A DNA stretch of 64,000 nt, taken from positions 6,329 through 70,328 of the forward strand of contig QCRS01000001.1 of assembly GCA_003211755.1 (NCBI GenBank). Direction: 5' to 3'. Made by a program: the position numbers and the translations under genes. This document shows positions 11,758 through 21,735 of this stretch, piece by piece. The stretch is from Prochlorococcus sp. AG-463-F15. GTDB lineage: Bacteria > Cyanobacteriota > Cyanobacteriia > PCC-6307 > Cyanobiaceae. Within the stretch, counting starts at the first letter, position 1, and each line of letters starts with the position of its first letter. The notes below the pieces were generated by a model. That model ran no database searches. It saw nothing but the letters and a program-made list of their open reading frames with translations, and was not told the DNA's origin.

Positions 11758-12993
11758 TTGCATTATTGGATGCTTAATGAACTTCAAATGAGAGGTGTTT
11801 CAAGCGCTAGGGGAAATAATGAGCCTCACTCCGTTGTTGGAGTCGTTGGAGGTGGTCAGCTTGCTCAGATGTTGGTAGAGGCTGCGAAAAATCGTGAAGT
11901 GGACATTGTTGTTCAGACTGAATCCTTTAATGATCCGGCTGCACTAAAAGCTTCTCGCCTTGTATTGGCAGAGACGAATGATATTTCTGGTACAAGTAAA
12001 CTTATGAGTGATTGCTGTGCTGTCACCTTCGAGAATGAATGGGTGAATGTTGATGAGTTAGCTGACTTAGAGAAGGAAGAAGGTTGTTTTGTTCCACCTC
12101 TTGCTGCTTTAGAGCCATTAGTAGACAAGGTCTCGCAACGTCAACTCTTAGATGTTCTTGGAATCCCAGGACCTAATTGGATTCATCTTTGTTCAAATCA
12201 ACTTGGTAGTTCCAAGTTGCCAGTTGGTTGGAATTTTCCATTGATGGCAAAATCTGCTCGAGGTGGATATGACGGGAAGGGAACAAGAGTTATAAAAAAC
12301 TTTGATGACCTTAACCAGCTTTTTGAAGATGTGGATTTGAATGATTGGTTGATTGAGGAATGGGTGCCATATGAGATGGAGTTGGCTTTAGTTGCTAGTC
12401 GAGACTTGTCTGGCCGAGTTAGGGCACTACCACTTGCTGAAACTAATCAGTGTAAGCAAGTTTGTGATTGGGTAGTTGCACCTGCGGAAGTAAGTCATCC
12501 CGTAGAGGTAATGGCTTATAACATTGCAGCTTCTTTACTAACAGAATTGAATTATGTAGGTGTAATAGCTATTGAATTTTTTTATGGTGCTAAAGGATTG
12601 CTTGTCAATGAGGTGGCACCACGTACGCATAATTCAGCTCATTTCTCAATTGAGGCATGTAGCAGTAGTCAATTTGATCAGCAAATTTGTATAGCGGCTG
12701 GTCTCCCTGTTCCAGATCCAGAGCTAATTGTTCCAGGAGCTCTGATGGTCAACTTGCTTGGTTTGCCAGAAGGTATAGGTTTGCCAATAGAAGATCGAAT
12801 TTCCAGCCTAAAAAAAATCGATGGAGCCTATCTACATTGGTATGAAAAAGAAAAAGAAATTCCTGGAAGAAAGTTAGGACATGTCACTCTTCTCCTTTTT
12901 GGAAATGATGCGAAGACAAGAAGGGAGGAGGCCCGTAGAGGTTTGGAATGTATTCGTTCGATATGGCCTAATAATTTGGCTTTGAGGGGTTAA
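11758..12993 (+). CDS. purK: N5-carboxyaminoimidazole ribonucleotide synthase
   Basis: Motifs GGGQL, TFENE, GYDGKG, NEVAPRTHNS and RKLGHVT. True start is likely a few codons downstream. Confidence 0.95.
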   Translation: MHYWMLNELQMRGVSSARGNNEPHSVVGVVGGGQLAQMLVEAAKNREVDIVVQTESFNDPAALKASRLVLAETNDISGTSKLMSDCCAVTFENEWVNVDELADLEKEEGCFVPPLAALEPLVDKVSQRQLLDVLGIPGPNWIHLCSNQLGSSKLPVGWNFPLMAKSARGGYDGKGTRVIKNFDDLNQLFEDVDLNDWLIEEWVPYEMELALVASRDLSGRVRALPLAETNQCKQVCDWVVAPAEVSHPVEVMAYNIAASLLTELNYVGVIAIEFFYGAKGLLVNEVAPRTHNSAHFSIEACSSSQFDQQICIAAGLPVPDPELIVPGALMVNLLGLPEGIGLPIEDRISSLKKIDGAYLHWYEKEKEIPGRKLGHVTLLLFGNDAKTRREEARRGLECIRSIWPNNLALRG

Positions 12994-13029
12994 ATTAAGA
13001 AAGAACTGCTTTGTTGGTGAAGGCCTTTT

Positions 13030-13200
13030 CTAGTGCTCTGATCTGACTCTCTTTCGACTTGGGGAGACTGTCGTGAAGGCAACGTAAACCGGTCTTGTAA
13101 TCGGAAACGAAGCCCCACTTTGAATCCCCTTCTGGTACTTCCAGGTCGAACGCTGGGGCTCGCACGGCACGGTGGTTCAGTATCCGATAAGTGACTGTGG
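13030..13200 (+). ncRNA. ssrS: 6S RNA
   Basis: GC-rich non-coding stretch right after purK, the established position of 6S RNA (Yfr7) in marine picocyanobacteria. Recognisable segments GTGCTCTGATCTGACTC...GGGGCTCGCACGGCACGGTGGTTCAG. Ends approximate. Confidence 0.8.
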
Positions 13201-13225
13201 CACAAGGGTTTTACCCGTCGCAGTC
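13193..13225 (+). terminator. Hairpin at the 3' end of 6S RNA
   Basis: GACTGTGGC pairs with GTCGCAGTC (with G-U pairs) around an inner GGGT-TTT-ACCC stem-loop; no U-tract. Confidence 0.45.
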
Positions 13226-13241
13226 ATGGATGCTTTATGAG

Positions 13242-13290
13242 TGGCATACCCAGGTGGCATACCCAAAAGGAATATCCAATGGCATACCCA
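13242..13290 (+). repeat. Four tandem TGGCATACCCA-type 11-mers
   Basis: Exact copies at 13242, 13255 and 13280; degenerate AGGAATATCCA at 13268. Confidence 0.85.
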
Positions 13291-13421
13291 CTAGATATAA
13301 GGTCTTCTCAAGTGGTTATTGGCTCATATACTTTTTTAGTGTATTGGCTCTTAAGGCTTGTTTGGACTTTTGGACTTGACCTAAGGGGCTTCCCTGCGTT
13401 CCCTTAAAGATAAACTTGTGT

Positions 13422-14111
13422 TTAAGTCAGGATGCCTTTGCTATAGCAAAGGTTTTGAATATATAAAGCACACATGGGGATTGCTACAAGTCCCCCAATG
13501 AAGCAAGTGCATATTGTTATAATCGATGTTAATAGTCCAGCCGAAAAACTAATCAAGCAGAAGGAAATCCAATTCTGTGAATGAAATAATGATTGAAATG
13601 ATTCCCCAAAAGCTTCAATTATTCCGAGTTCGGTTGTGAAAACCCTGTTGATATATATGGGCGTAATAAATAGAATGATAATCCCAGGAATTATACAAAA
13701 TAAAATTCCTATAAATAGTGTTATAGTATAAAAAATACCTGCAACTATATACCGGAGAGGTTTCCTGAATAAATGATTAAAAGTCTCTTTAATAGTTACT
13801 TTCTCGCCTTTCTGATAATAAATTGCAGCAATCACTGTTATCATCGCAAATGAAAGTTGTGAGACAAATGATAGAGGAAAAGTCACTACTCTTGAAATTA
13901 TTCTAGAGGCATTAATAGTGTTCTCGCCTGCATCTGTCATGGAGAGAATGACAAAATAGATTAATAGGCTAATTACAAGCTCAACCAGTCCAACTAATAC
14001 ATAGACTCCAGATATGGCTAGAAATGCAGGTGCATTTTCTTTGTAGGCTTCCCATGATTTCTTGATGCCTGGGTTTTCGTAGGCTAGTTGACATCCTGAA
14101 GGCATATTCAA
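13422..14111 (-). CDS. Hypothetical integral membrane protein
   Basis: Several hydrophobic helices; GILFCIIPGII and EAFGESF patterns resemble DUF975-like membrane proteins. Confidence 0.7.
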   Translation of the reverse strand: MNMPSGCQLAYENPGIKKSWEAYKENAPAFLAISGVYVLVGLVELVISLLIYFVILSMTDAGENTINASRIISRVVTFPLSFVSQLSFAMITVIAAIYYQKGEKVTIKETFNHLFRKPLRYIVAGIFYTITLFIGILFCIIPGIIILFITPIYINRVFTTELGIIEAFGESFQSLFHSQNWISFCLISFSAGLLTSIITICTCFIGGLVAIPMCALYIQNLCYSKGILT

Positions 14112-14225
14112 TTTTTAAATCTACTAATTTTGATTGGGAATTTAATAATGTCATCATCTATTAGCAATGATTTATTAATCCTCTGAATAATTAACACCGA
14201 TAGCCCTTCGCACCTTCTCAATTCC

Positions 14226-15518
14226 TTAACCATGTACTTTGACCAACAACCCATCTCGGGGTGTAGGACTGGGCAATTGTTTCAGCGTGAAATCTTGATT
14301 AGGGATTACGGTGAGTCGCAATTTACGAAACAATCCCACCACCATTAACCGGATCTCGAGTTCAGCTAGTGATTTACCTAGGCAAACACGCTCGCCATCA
14401 CCGAAAGGCATTAGGTTCACAGAACATCCATCTTCTAGATGACGCTGTGGTCGGAATATTTCTAAGTCACCAATTCCATGGCGGTTGGAGGCAGTCAGAG
14501 CTACCTGGACCACACGGTTTTCGGGTACTTCAACGTTGTCAATCACTAAGGGACATTTGGTACGACGGAAAAAACCTCCTACTGGTGGAGTAAGTCGCAT
14601 GACTTCACTGACAGTGGCGTCCAGCTTTGGGGCATGAGTTGGGTCGTAGGCGATGGTTGATTGGGAAGCCTCTGGAGGCCAGCATAAATAATCGACTTCT
14701 TCTCGTAGCCATGTTTCTGCTGGCGGGTTGAGAAGAAGTTCCTGCATCAAGCAGCTGAGAGCAGAAGCTGTGGTCTCATAGCCTGCAAATAAAAGGAGTA
14801 GAAGTTGTTCGACGAGATCTTCATCCTTAAGAGGAATGCCTGCTTCATCGAGACCACCAGCCAGCAAATCCAGCCCACCTTTGCCTTTGATAGGTTGAGA
14901 AAGCACTTGTTGCAGCTTCTTGAGCAACCGTTTTCTTGCCCTAAGAGCTTTAGCAAATGGACTGCCGGGTAGGGCTATCGGAATAGAAAAAAGTGCCCTA
15001 GTCCAGATCTTGAAATCAGAGAACAATTCATCACGATCAGGACCCTCCAGACCTAAAACAGTAGAGGCGATCACTGAAAAGGCGAAGCTTCGCATTTTTT
15101 CTGCGAGAGCCAGAGGCATTTCGGCAGTCTTCAGCTCCTCGGCAAGGTCCTCAACCATGTCAATGATGTCAGGGCTATAGCGTTGCAGTGCTGAGGATGA
15201 AAATAATTGGGCTACCACTCTTCTACGTGCTCGATGAGAGGCTCCATTGCGGTTTGCCAGGGAATGTCTACCTAATAGGAGTTGAACACTCTGAGGCCAC
15301 CAACCTTCTATTGCGTCTGGTTGCGATAGAAGATCATAAATAGCTTTGCTACCTTGGATGAACACCATTGGCTGCCCCAGCATTGATGTCTCAAAAACAT
15401 TCCCGTGACGCTCGAAGCGCCTCTTGGCGAACGAAGGATCGCGGAAAAATGCAAATGCCTCAAGTATTCCACTTATGGCACCCGTAGTAGGTAGTTGGCG
15501 CAGTGCAGCTTCAGCCAT
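14226..15518 (-). CDS. Cytochrome P450
   Basis: I-helix AGYETT, ExxR (EVMR), FRPQRH and heme motif FGDGERVCLG. Confidence 0.95.
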   Translation of the reverse strand: MAEAALRQLPTTGAISGILEAFAFFRDPSFAKRRFERHGNVFETSMLGQPMVFIQGSKAIYDLLSQPDAIEGWWPQSVQLLLGRHSLANRNGASHRARRRVVAQLFSSSALQRYSPDIIDMVEDLAEELKTAEMPLALAEKMRSFAFSVIASTVLGLEGPDRDELFSDFKIWTRALFSIPIALPGSPFAKALRARKRLLKKLQQVLSQPIKGKGGLDLLAGGLDEAGIPLKDEDLVEQLLLLLFAGYETTASALSCLMQELLLNPPAETWLREEVDYLCWPPEASQSTIAYDPTHAPKLDATVSEVMRLTPPVGGFFRRTKCPLVIDNVEVPENRVVQVALTASNRHGIGDLEIFRPQRHLEDGCSVNLMPFGDGERVCLGKSLAELEIRLMVVGLFRKLRLTVIPNQDFTLKQLPSPTPRDGLLVKVHG

Positions 15519-15893
15519 TCATTTGTAGAACCAATTCTTTTGGAGCATTTGCAGAGCTTTGTACTTGTACCTTGTCATTTTCATTGTGGGATATTCCTTT
15601 GACCAATAATTATTCACAGCTAATCATTCAGCATAGGTTGATAAATCTATAGTTGGTGGAATGATCAGGCTGATGACCTGTTGCTCTTATTATTAATAAC
15701 TCTAAGGGGCCTTATAGGTTATATATGCCTGCACATAAAAAAAGGTCCGTAAACGATTCTGTACTCAAGAAAAATAGTCGAGCATTATTTCAGGATTTCC
15801 TACGAGATCTTAAAGGATGATATTTAATATCCAACAACGATTGGTTGAAAATATCTTCGGAAGTATCTATGAGAGACATGTAAAACAAAGTCC

Positions 15894-17288
15894 TTGGAGC
15901 CAGTGATAGCTAAACACTCTGCAAATGTTGAAAACCTAGTGATTATTGGTTCTGGTCCAGCTGGATATACTTCGGCCATTTATGCGGCGAGGGCAAACCT
16001 TAGACCGCTTGTTATAACTGGTTTTCAGATTGGTGGAATAGCTGGTGGACAATTAATGACGACAACATTCGTTGAGAACTTTCCAGGATTCCCAGATGGA
16101 GTGCTCGGCCCAGACTTAATGGATCTATTAAAAGCTCAAGCTGTTAGATGGGGCACTCAACTCATCGAGGCAGATGCAGAATTAGTGGACCTCAGTCAAC
16201 GTCCATTCCTTATTAAGGCAGATCAAAGAGAGATTCAAACTAATTCGTTAGTGATTGCTACTGGTGCAAAAGCGAACAGATTGAACTTGCCTAAAGAGAA
16301 GACTTTCTGGAGCCGTGGAATTAGTGCTTGTGCAATTTGTGATGGAGCAACCCCTCAATTTCATAAAGAAGAATTGGCAGTTGTTGGAGGAGGAGACTCC
16401 GCATGTGAAGAAGCTGTTTATTTAACTAAATATGGCAGCCATGTTCACCTCATAGTCCGCTCAGATCAATTAAAAGCTAGTGCTTCAATGGCAAGTAGAG
16501 TTTTAGGTAACTCACTAGTCACAGTCCATTGGGGCACTGAATTATTAGATGTAATTGGAACAGATTGGTTGGACGCCATCTTAATAAAGAAAAAAAATAC
16601 AAGTGAAATCAAAAGACTTCTTGTTCGAGGTCTTTTCTATGCAATTGGACATACTCCAAATACAGAACTTTTCCATGGACAACTATTGATTAATAAAAAT
16701 GGATATATCTCCACAGAACCAGGTAGGCCAGAGACTTCAGTAGAAGGAGTATATGCAGCTGGAGATGTTGCTGATTCAGAATGGCGTCAAGGAATAACAG
16801 CTGCTGGTAGTGGATGCAAAGCTGCATTAGCCGCTGAACGATGGCTTAGCAAAAACAACCTTGTCCAATTATTTGAAAGAGAAAATTTAGAACCTGCCCA
16901 AGCCCTAACCCCTAAGCCCACGGAAACGACCACAGAGATTGATTTTCAATCAAATGCAATATGGCAGAAGGGCAGTTATGCCTTGAGAAAGCTTTATCAC
17001 GAAAGCAAGAATCCACTTATAGTTATTTATTCCTCTCCTAACTGTGGCCCATGCCATGTTCTCAAACCTCAATTAAAAAGAGTTCTAGATGAGTTAAAAG
17101 GAAAGGCCCAGTGCGTTGAAATAGATATACAGGCAGATCAACAAATAGCTAAACAGGCTGGAGTAAATGGAACCCCAACTGTTCAGCTTTTTAAAAATAA
17201 GGTGCTGATCAATAGTTGGAGAGGTGTCAAGCAAAGAAGCATATTTAAAGAAGCAATTATTAACCTCTTAGAAACAAATCTAGATTAA
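15894..17288 (+). CDS. trxB: Thioredoxin reductase with fused C-terminal thioredoxin domain (NTRC-type)
   Basis: Motifs GSGPAG, CAIC, GGGDSA and AAGD, plus a C-terminal CGPC thioredoxin domain. Confidence 0.92.
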   Translation: MEPVIAKHSANVENLVIIGSGPAGYTSAIYAARANLRPLVITGFQIGGIAGGQLMTTTFVENFPGFPDGVLGPDLMDLLKAQAVRWGTQLIEADAELVDLSQRPFLIKADQREIQTNSLVIATGAKANRLNLPKEKTFWSRGISACAICDGATPQFHKEELAVVGGGDSACEEAVYLTKYGSHVHLIVRSDQLKASASMASRVLGNSLVTVHWGTELLDVIGTDWLDAILIKKKNTSEIKRLLVRGLFYAIGHTPNTELFHGQLLINKNGYISTEPGRPETSVEGVYAAGDVADSEWRQGITAAGSGCKAALAAERWLSKNNLVQLFERENLEPAQALTPKPTETTTEIDFQSNAIWQKGSYALRKLYHESKNPLIVIYSSPNCGPCHVLKPQLKRVLDELKGKAQCVEIDIQADQQIAKQAGVNGTPTVQLFKNKVLINSWRGVKQRSIFKEAIINLLETNLD

Positions 17289-17423
17289 TTACCTACGCAT
17301 TGCTCATGCAGCTATGAGTAGCTCTCTGCATACACTTTTCCTCTGAGTTGATCAATGCTTGCTCTGAGAAGTCTTTTTCTGATGTTGCTCTTAAATAAAT
17401 CCTGTGTTCACTAATCGAGTTAA

Positions 17424-17747
17424 ATGCCCCTTAAGCTGCTTAAATTAAGTTTCACTGCCAAGGCTCTAATGCTAGAGAAAATATTCAGGGATGCATCTTA
17501 TGTGGTTGTTGCTTTAGCTTTAACCTTTTCCATTCTGCTTGCAGGATTGATTAGTGTAGATGCTGCTACTCCAGGCTTTACTCCCCCAGAAAATTACAGA
17601 AAAGATGATTCTCAAGGAATGGTTGTTGAGCCATCTCAGGACAACCAAAAACAAGAAGTATCTAAGGATGAAATGGGTATGGAAGACATCTTTGGCAGCG
17701 AACAAGTTTTTCCTTTTGAGATGGGCCTTGGCAATTCAGCTTTTTAG
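17424..17747 (+). CDS. Hypothetical exported protein
   Basis: Hydrophobic N-terminal segment and acidic tail ending DIFGSEQVFPF. Start is probably downstream of 17424. Confidence 0.65.
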   Translation: MPLKLLKLSFTAKALMLEKIFRDASYVVVALALTFSILLAGLISVDAATPGFTPPENYRKDDSQGMVVEPSQDNQKQEVSKDEMGMEDIFGSEQVFPFEMGLGNSAF

Positions 17748-18103
17748 CGAAGTAGAGATTAAGCAAACTAGTTCTTATGTTGGACCCATTACTCCCTAAT
17801 TAGTTTTTGGTGAATCTCAGTCTGTGTAATGTCTTTCTATGACTAGCTCCTCCTTGACTGTTTTCTAGTTTCTCTGGATGTGTTTGGCTTTTGCTCCTTC
17901 ACATTCCTCACAATAGTGATTGCTTTCCCATAAGGAGCTTATAGATCCCCTTCCTCCTTTTTTAGGAATCTTGGACCTCTTTCTTGGAATAAATTCCAGA
18001 AAATTGAAAATCACAAATACATAGACTTTGGGATTAATCAAAGTTTACCTCTAGAAATGATCTGATTTTCTTCCTATCCTTAGGATCAGTGGAGTTTTAA
18101 GGA

Positions 18104-18286
18104 ATGAATTTCTTGTTTTTACTGTTTAAGCCTATACTTTTTTTAATGGTGAAAAAGCTTTTTAAAAAGCAGATGAAGTTATTTATTATTAATGCTTTGG
18201 AATGGCTTGTATTACAAACGGACAATGATATTGATGACCTCCTTTTAGGGAAGGTAAAAAGTGCAATGAAGTTAGGAGTTGTTTGA
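18104..18286 (+). CDS. Small hypothetical protein with TDNDIDD motif
   Basis: 60 aa with an upstream AAGGA; KPILF...TDNDIDD pattern. Confidence 0.7.
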   Translation: MNFLFLLFKPILFLMVKKLFKKQMKLFIINALEWLVLQTDNDIDDLLLGKVKSAMKLGVV

Positions 18287-18311
18287 CCTCAATGAAAAGG
18301 GTATTTGATCG

Positions 18312-18485
18312 TTGGATATTACTGATTGGAAGACTTTGTCGCCTAAGGAACGGTTGTACTTTAAGAGGCTGTGCTTAGGCCCTTTATTTACTTATGGGAT
18401 CTTTTTATTTCTCAATCAATATGCACTCACAATTCTAGTATTGCTAGTTATTTACTTTACCTATAAGAAGTTTGAGAAGAAATAG
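18312..18485 (+). CDS. Small membrane protein (57 aa, not in the ORF track)
   Basis: Hand translation from TTG: MDITDWKTLSPKERLYFKRLCLGPFITYGIFLFLNQYALTILVLLVIYFTYKKFEKK; followed by a hairpin. Confidence 0.55.
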   Translation: MDITDWKTLSPKERLYFKRLCLGPLFTYGIFLFLNQYALTILVLLVIYFTYKKFEKK

Positions 18486-18500
18486 TTATTTCTTCTCAAA
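18471..18500. repeat. Inverted repeat with 14-bp arms, possible terminator
   Basis: TTTGAGAAGAAATA-GT-TATTTCTTCTCAAA, overlapping the stop codon of the upstream ORF. Confidence 0.7.
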
Positions 18501-18957
18501 ACAACTTTTCTATGGCCTGACTAGGTAAGTGCTCTTATCAGCAAACATCAGTAAGCTTATAGCTTAATTGCTATCAATCTTTGGATATTGAGGTGTTCAT
18601 CCTCAATGGAAAATACTAAAATAAATAAGGCCTTAGTGACACCGATTAAGTAGACATTCCGATTCTGCTTAAGCTGATAAGTATTAATGCAAATAGATGT
18701 GTGGATGGAAAGATGAGTCGGCCATAGTTGTTACAAGGTCAGAAATGCTAGCCGACCTAGATAAAAAAGAACTTTTGTGGAGGAACTATCTCTTAAGATC
18801 GTTGAGAGTGAAGATGTATCAGGTCAATTTATTTTTGATTAAGCAGATATAAGACAAACATCAAGAGAAGAATTCCTTGAGTTAATACTTCTTGACTCTT
18901 ATTACCTAGATCCAGAAAGTTTCGCGTAGGTAATTTCTGTTGCTATTACTTTAGTAC

Positions 18958-19299
18958 TTATACATAGGAACCACGCTCCTGAGATGTATCCCTTCCAAAG
19001 GATTTGCTGCAAAACATATTATCTAAATAAAGACGAGTGATCGGTCTGGAATCCACCCCGTTTTGCACAAGAAAACCAGCTAAGGCAGCTTGTATTAATC
19101 GATATTGATCCCAATTTGGATGATGCTCTATAAAAGTTGTCATTGCAGCCTGTATAGGTTCAGGGACTTCAGAAAGGAAACTTACCAACTGGGTGTGAGA
19201 TTCTTTGCTTCCACTTTCATGAGATGAGCCTGCTATCAAGTTAATACCCTCTCGTGCTGAAACTTTCAAATCCTGTGCTTGCATCGAGTTTCTCTTCAA
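18958..19299 (-). CDS. DUF2811 domain protein
   Basis: Segment FIEHHPNWDQYRLIQAALAGFLVQNG. Confidence 0.85.
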   Translation of the reverse strand: MKRNSMQAQDLKVSAREGINLIAGSSHESGSKESHTQLVSFLSEVPEPIQAAMTTFIEHHPNWDQYRLIQAALAGFLVQNGVDSRPITRLYLDNMFCSKSFGRDTSQERGSYV

Positions 19300-19611
19300 G
19301 TAGCTACTACTTCCTCACAATTTTGAAGATCCGTCAATAGGTATTGATTTGACTTCCGTTGTCACACTCTCACCGAAGATGTATTGCCCTGCAGTGCTTC
19401 CCATGGAAGGGATAGCAATTGTCAGCCAAGGAGAGCCCTAATAGAAATAATGTCAAGAAGAAGATGTAGTTCCTGTAGATTTCCACAGAGGTCTGTTCCT
19501 GAAATAATTCATCGCTCTAAATTTGTGGAATTACTGTGGAAAATAAAAGAAAGATTGGGGGAATATCAACCGAACCTGAAGGATAAGGATTCCTGATCTT
19601 TACTTGAAATA

Positions 19612-19626
19612 TGAGAATCATTCTCG
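19612..19626. promoter_or_regulatory. Fur-box-like inverted repeat
   Basis: TGAGAAT-C-ATTCTCG resembles the 7-1-7 Fur-family box TGATAAT-N-ATTATCA. Confidence 0.4.
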
Positions 19627-19990
19627 AAACTGCTTAGGAAGTCTTAAAAAAACTTGTTTAATGTAACGATGCTACTTCTGGCAAATCATCTCTTTGGTCT
19701 TTGGAAAATAGCCCTTTGAGGTTTTGAAATAGCATGATCCACCTGGATCAACTGCAAATACATGCTTCTCGGAGAGACTGTAAAAGTTATGAGTTACTGT
19801 TACTAAAAGTCGAAGGAATATTGCCAAGGCAGTTTGATATCTCTACTAATAGAAAATAGTGAGTTCCACGAAAGATTTCGATTATTTAAAATATAACTCT
19901 TCAAATGATAAAGAGGAATCGGAATATTTATGTGATGGAGCATGTGAAAGAATTAAAAAAAAGAACCAATCTACTTGAGTTAAAAATCTG

Positions 19991-20025
19991 TACCTTGCTA
20001 TTGGACTGATACCAATAGCAAGGTA
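19991..20025. repeat. Perfect inverted repeat, 14-bp arms and 7-nt loop
   Basis: TACCTTGCTATTGG-ACTGATA-CCAATAGCAAGGTA. Confidence 0.85.
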
Positions 20026-20442
20026 ACTCAATTACTCTGATGAGGTAGTTGTTTGTTCTTAGTGTTTATCTTAAGTCTAGTGATCTAGGTAAGATAAACT
20101 GCCTTTTGCATGCTTTTAGTTTATATCTATAGATCCAACTGTATTAGACGTGTGTAAGCATTCGCTAAAGTAGTCTAAATGATATATTCTTCGACTGTTA
20201 TGAGAATTGCAAGTCAGAGTTTTATAGAATTGGAAACAATTCCAACGGCTTTAATAATCACCCAACTGTTTTAGTCAAATAACTTGGCCGTAGCTTTTTC
20301 CCATTCTATAAATCCATATAATGAGTGAATCTCATAGTTAATATTATTGTCTGATTAGTTGTTTTCTTATATAAATTCCTCATGAGGGATCTCTATATTC
20401 CGTTATCCTTAGGTTAAGGAATTGGGTGGTCATTGCATTGTA

Positions 20443-21735
20443 CTAGGCAGCATCTTGACCTTTGAGGTCATGGAATCTTGCTTCCATAGTCGGATTTCCC
20501 CTGGTCAATCTTTTGACAGTAACTTCCTGAGCTTTGTCGTTCGCAAGTCGTAGGTTTCTGTCTGCTCCAAGTAGAGCATCCTTTGTTTTTTGTAAATGGC
20601 TTATAGATTTGTCAATTTCTTGAATTGCAGTTTCAAATCGTCTTGAGGCAAGACAATAGTTTTTGCTAAATGTACTCTTGAATATTTCTAGACTGTTCTC
20701 AAAGTTTGTAATGTCTATATTTTGCGCTTTAACAAGAGCAAGTTCTGATTTGTATTCAAGTGATTTAATTGCTGCATTGCGTAGAAGCGTGATAATTGGG
20801 AGAAAACATTGTGGTCGAACCACGTACATTTTGGGGTAGCGGTGCGATACGTCGACGATACCGGAATTGTAGTAATCACTATCGGGTTCGAGTAGTGATA
20901 CCAATACCGCATATTCGCAATCCTTCTCAATTCGATCTTTATTTAACTCTTTAAGAAAATCTTCGTTCTTTTTCTTTGTTGAAGTAGTGTCACTTTCGTT
21001 TTTCATCTCAAACATTATTGAAACAATCTCAGTGCTTTCTTTATCTAAGTCACGAAAAATATAGTCACCTTTACTTCCAGTGCTTGTATCATTGTCCTTT
21101 TCAAAATATGCTTCTGGGAAAGCTGTTGCTCGAATACGATTGAATTCCGTTTCACAATGCTGTTCAAGTGATTCGCCAACCATTTTTGTCGATAGTCTCA
21201 ATTTCATGTCACGAAGCCTTTCTATTGCCTCATCTCGATCTTTGATTTGAACTTCATACTTTTCCTTCAGTGATTTATCAGCGAGTTGTTTTTCAAGTTC
21301 AGCTTTTTCAAGATTATTCTTTAGCTCGTCCCGTTCTTTTTGAAATTTACCGATTGCCTCAGTAACTGCAAGCTTCTGAGTGATTTCATTGTTTTCGTTA
21401 ACTGTCTCCAGTTTGTAGGCGAGTGTATCGCGTTCTTTCTCTACAGAACTTCTGGCTTCGCTCACTGCTAATGCTTTCTCAACTTCTGCTGCATCTAGCT
21501 TCGCTTGTAATTCTTGTATTTTCGTGTCTTTAGTTGTAGCAAAGCTCTGCATTTCGATTTTGACACCTTTCTTGGCCAGTTCAATGGACTTAACTTTATC
21601 TTTCTCAGCCAACTCAAGTCGCTTCTCTAAGTCCTGTTTGAATTCCTGATCTCTTATTTGCTTGAGAATATTCGAATATCCAGTCTCGTCAATCTTGAAT
21701 ACCTTGCCGCATTCTGGACAGTTGATTTTATTCAT
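20443..21735 (-). CDS. DUF2130 domain coiled-coil protein
   Basis: N-terminal CPECG knuckle, long coiled coil, and motifs [26 protein letters not shown] and MFEMKNE. Confidence 0.9.
   Translation of the reverse strand: MNKINCPECGKVFKIDETGYSNILKQIRDQEFKQDLEKRLELAEKDKVKSIELAKKGVKIEMQSFATTKDTKIQELQAKLDAAEVEKALAVSEARSSVEKERDTLAYKLETVNENNEITQKLAVTEAIGKFQKERDELKNNLEKAELEKQLADKSLKEKYEVQIKDRDEAIERLRDMKLRLSTKMVGESLEQHCETEFNRIRATAFPEAYFEKDNDTSTGSKGDYIFRDLDKESTEIVSIMFEMKNESDTTSTKKKNEDFLKELNKDRIEKDCEYAVLVSLLEPDSDYYNSGIVDVSHRYPKMYVVRPQCFLPIITLLRNAAIKSLEYKSELALVKAQNIDITNFENSLEIFKSTFSKNYCLASRRFETAIQEIDKSISHLQKTKDALLGADRNLRLANDKAQEVTVKRLTRGNPTMEARFHDLKGQDAA

Noticed and set aside
12990-13379. ORFs 12990-13205 (-) and 13191-13379 (+)
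   Set aside because: They overlap the 6S RNA and the repeat array, which explain the sequence better.
17893-17938. Stem GCTCCTT/AAGGAGC enclosing ATTCCTCACA, resembling the Yfr1 core
   Set aside because: Only 9 of 11 bases match, and the Yfr1 layout with a 3' terminator is missing.
18697-18929. Protein-like reading across a frameshift and a stop (possible decayed gene)
   Set aside because: No family is recognisable, and it cannot be distinguished from chance without a search.
19384-19596. 70-aa ORF in the DUF2811 upstream region
   Set aside because: Unprotein-like composition; it overlaps the DnaA-like boxes.
19663-19675. GTAACGATGCTAC as an NtcA site
   Set aside because: The spacer is 7 nt, not the 8 nt of GTA-N8-TAC.
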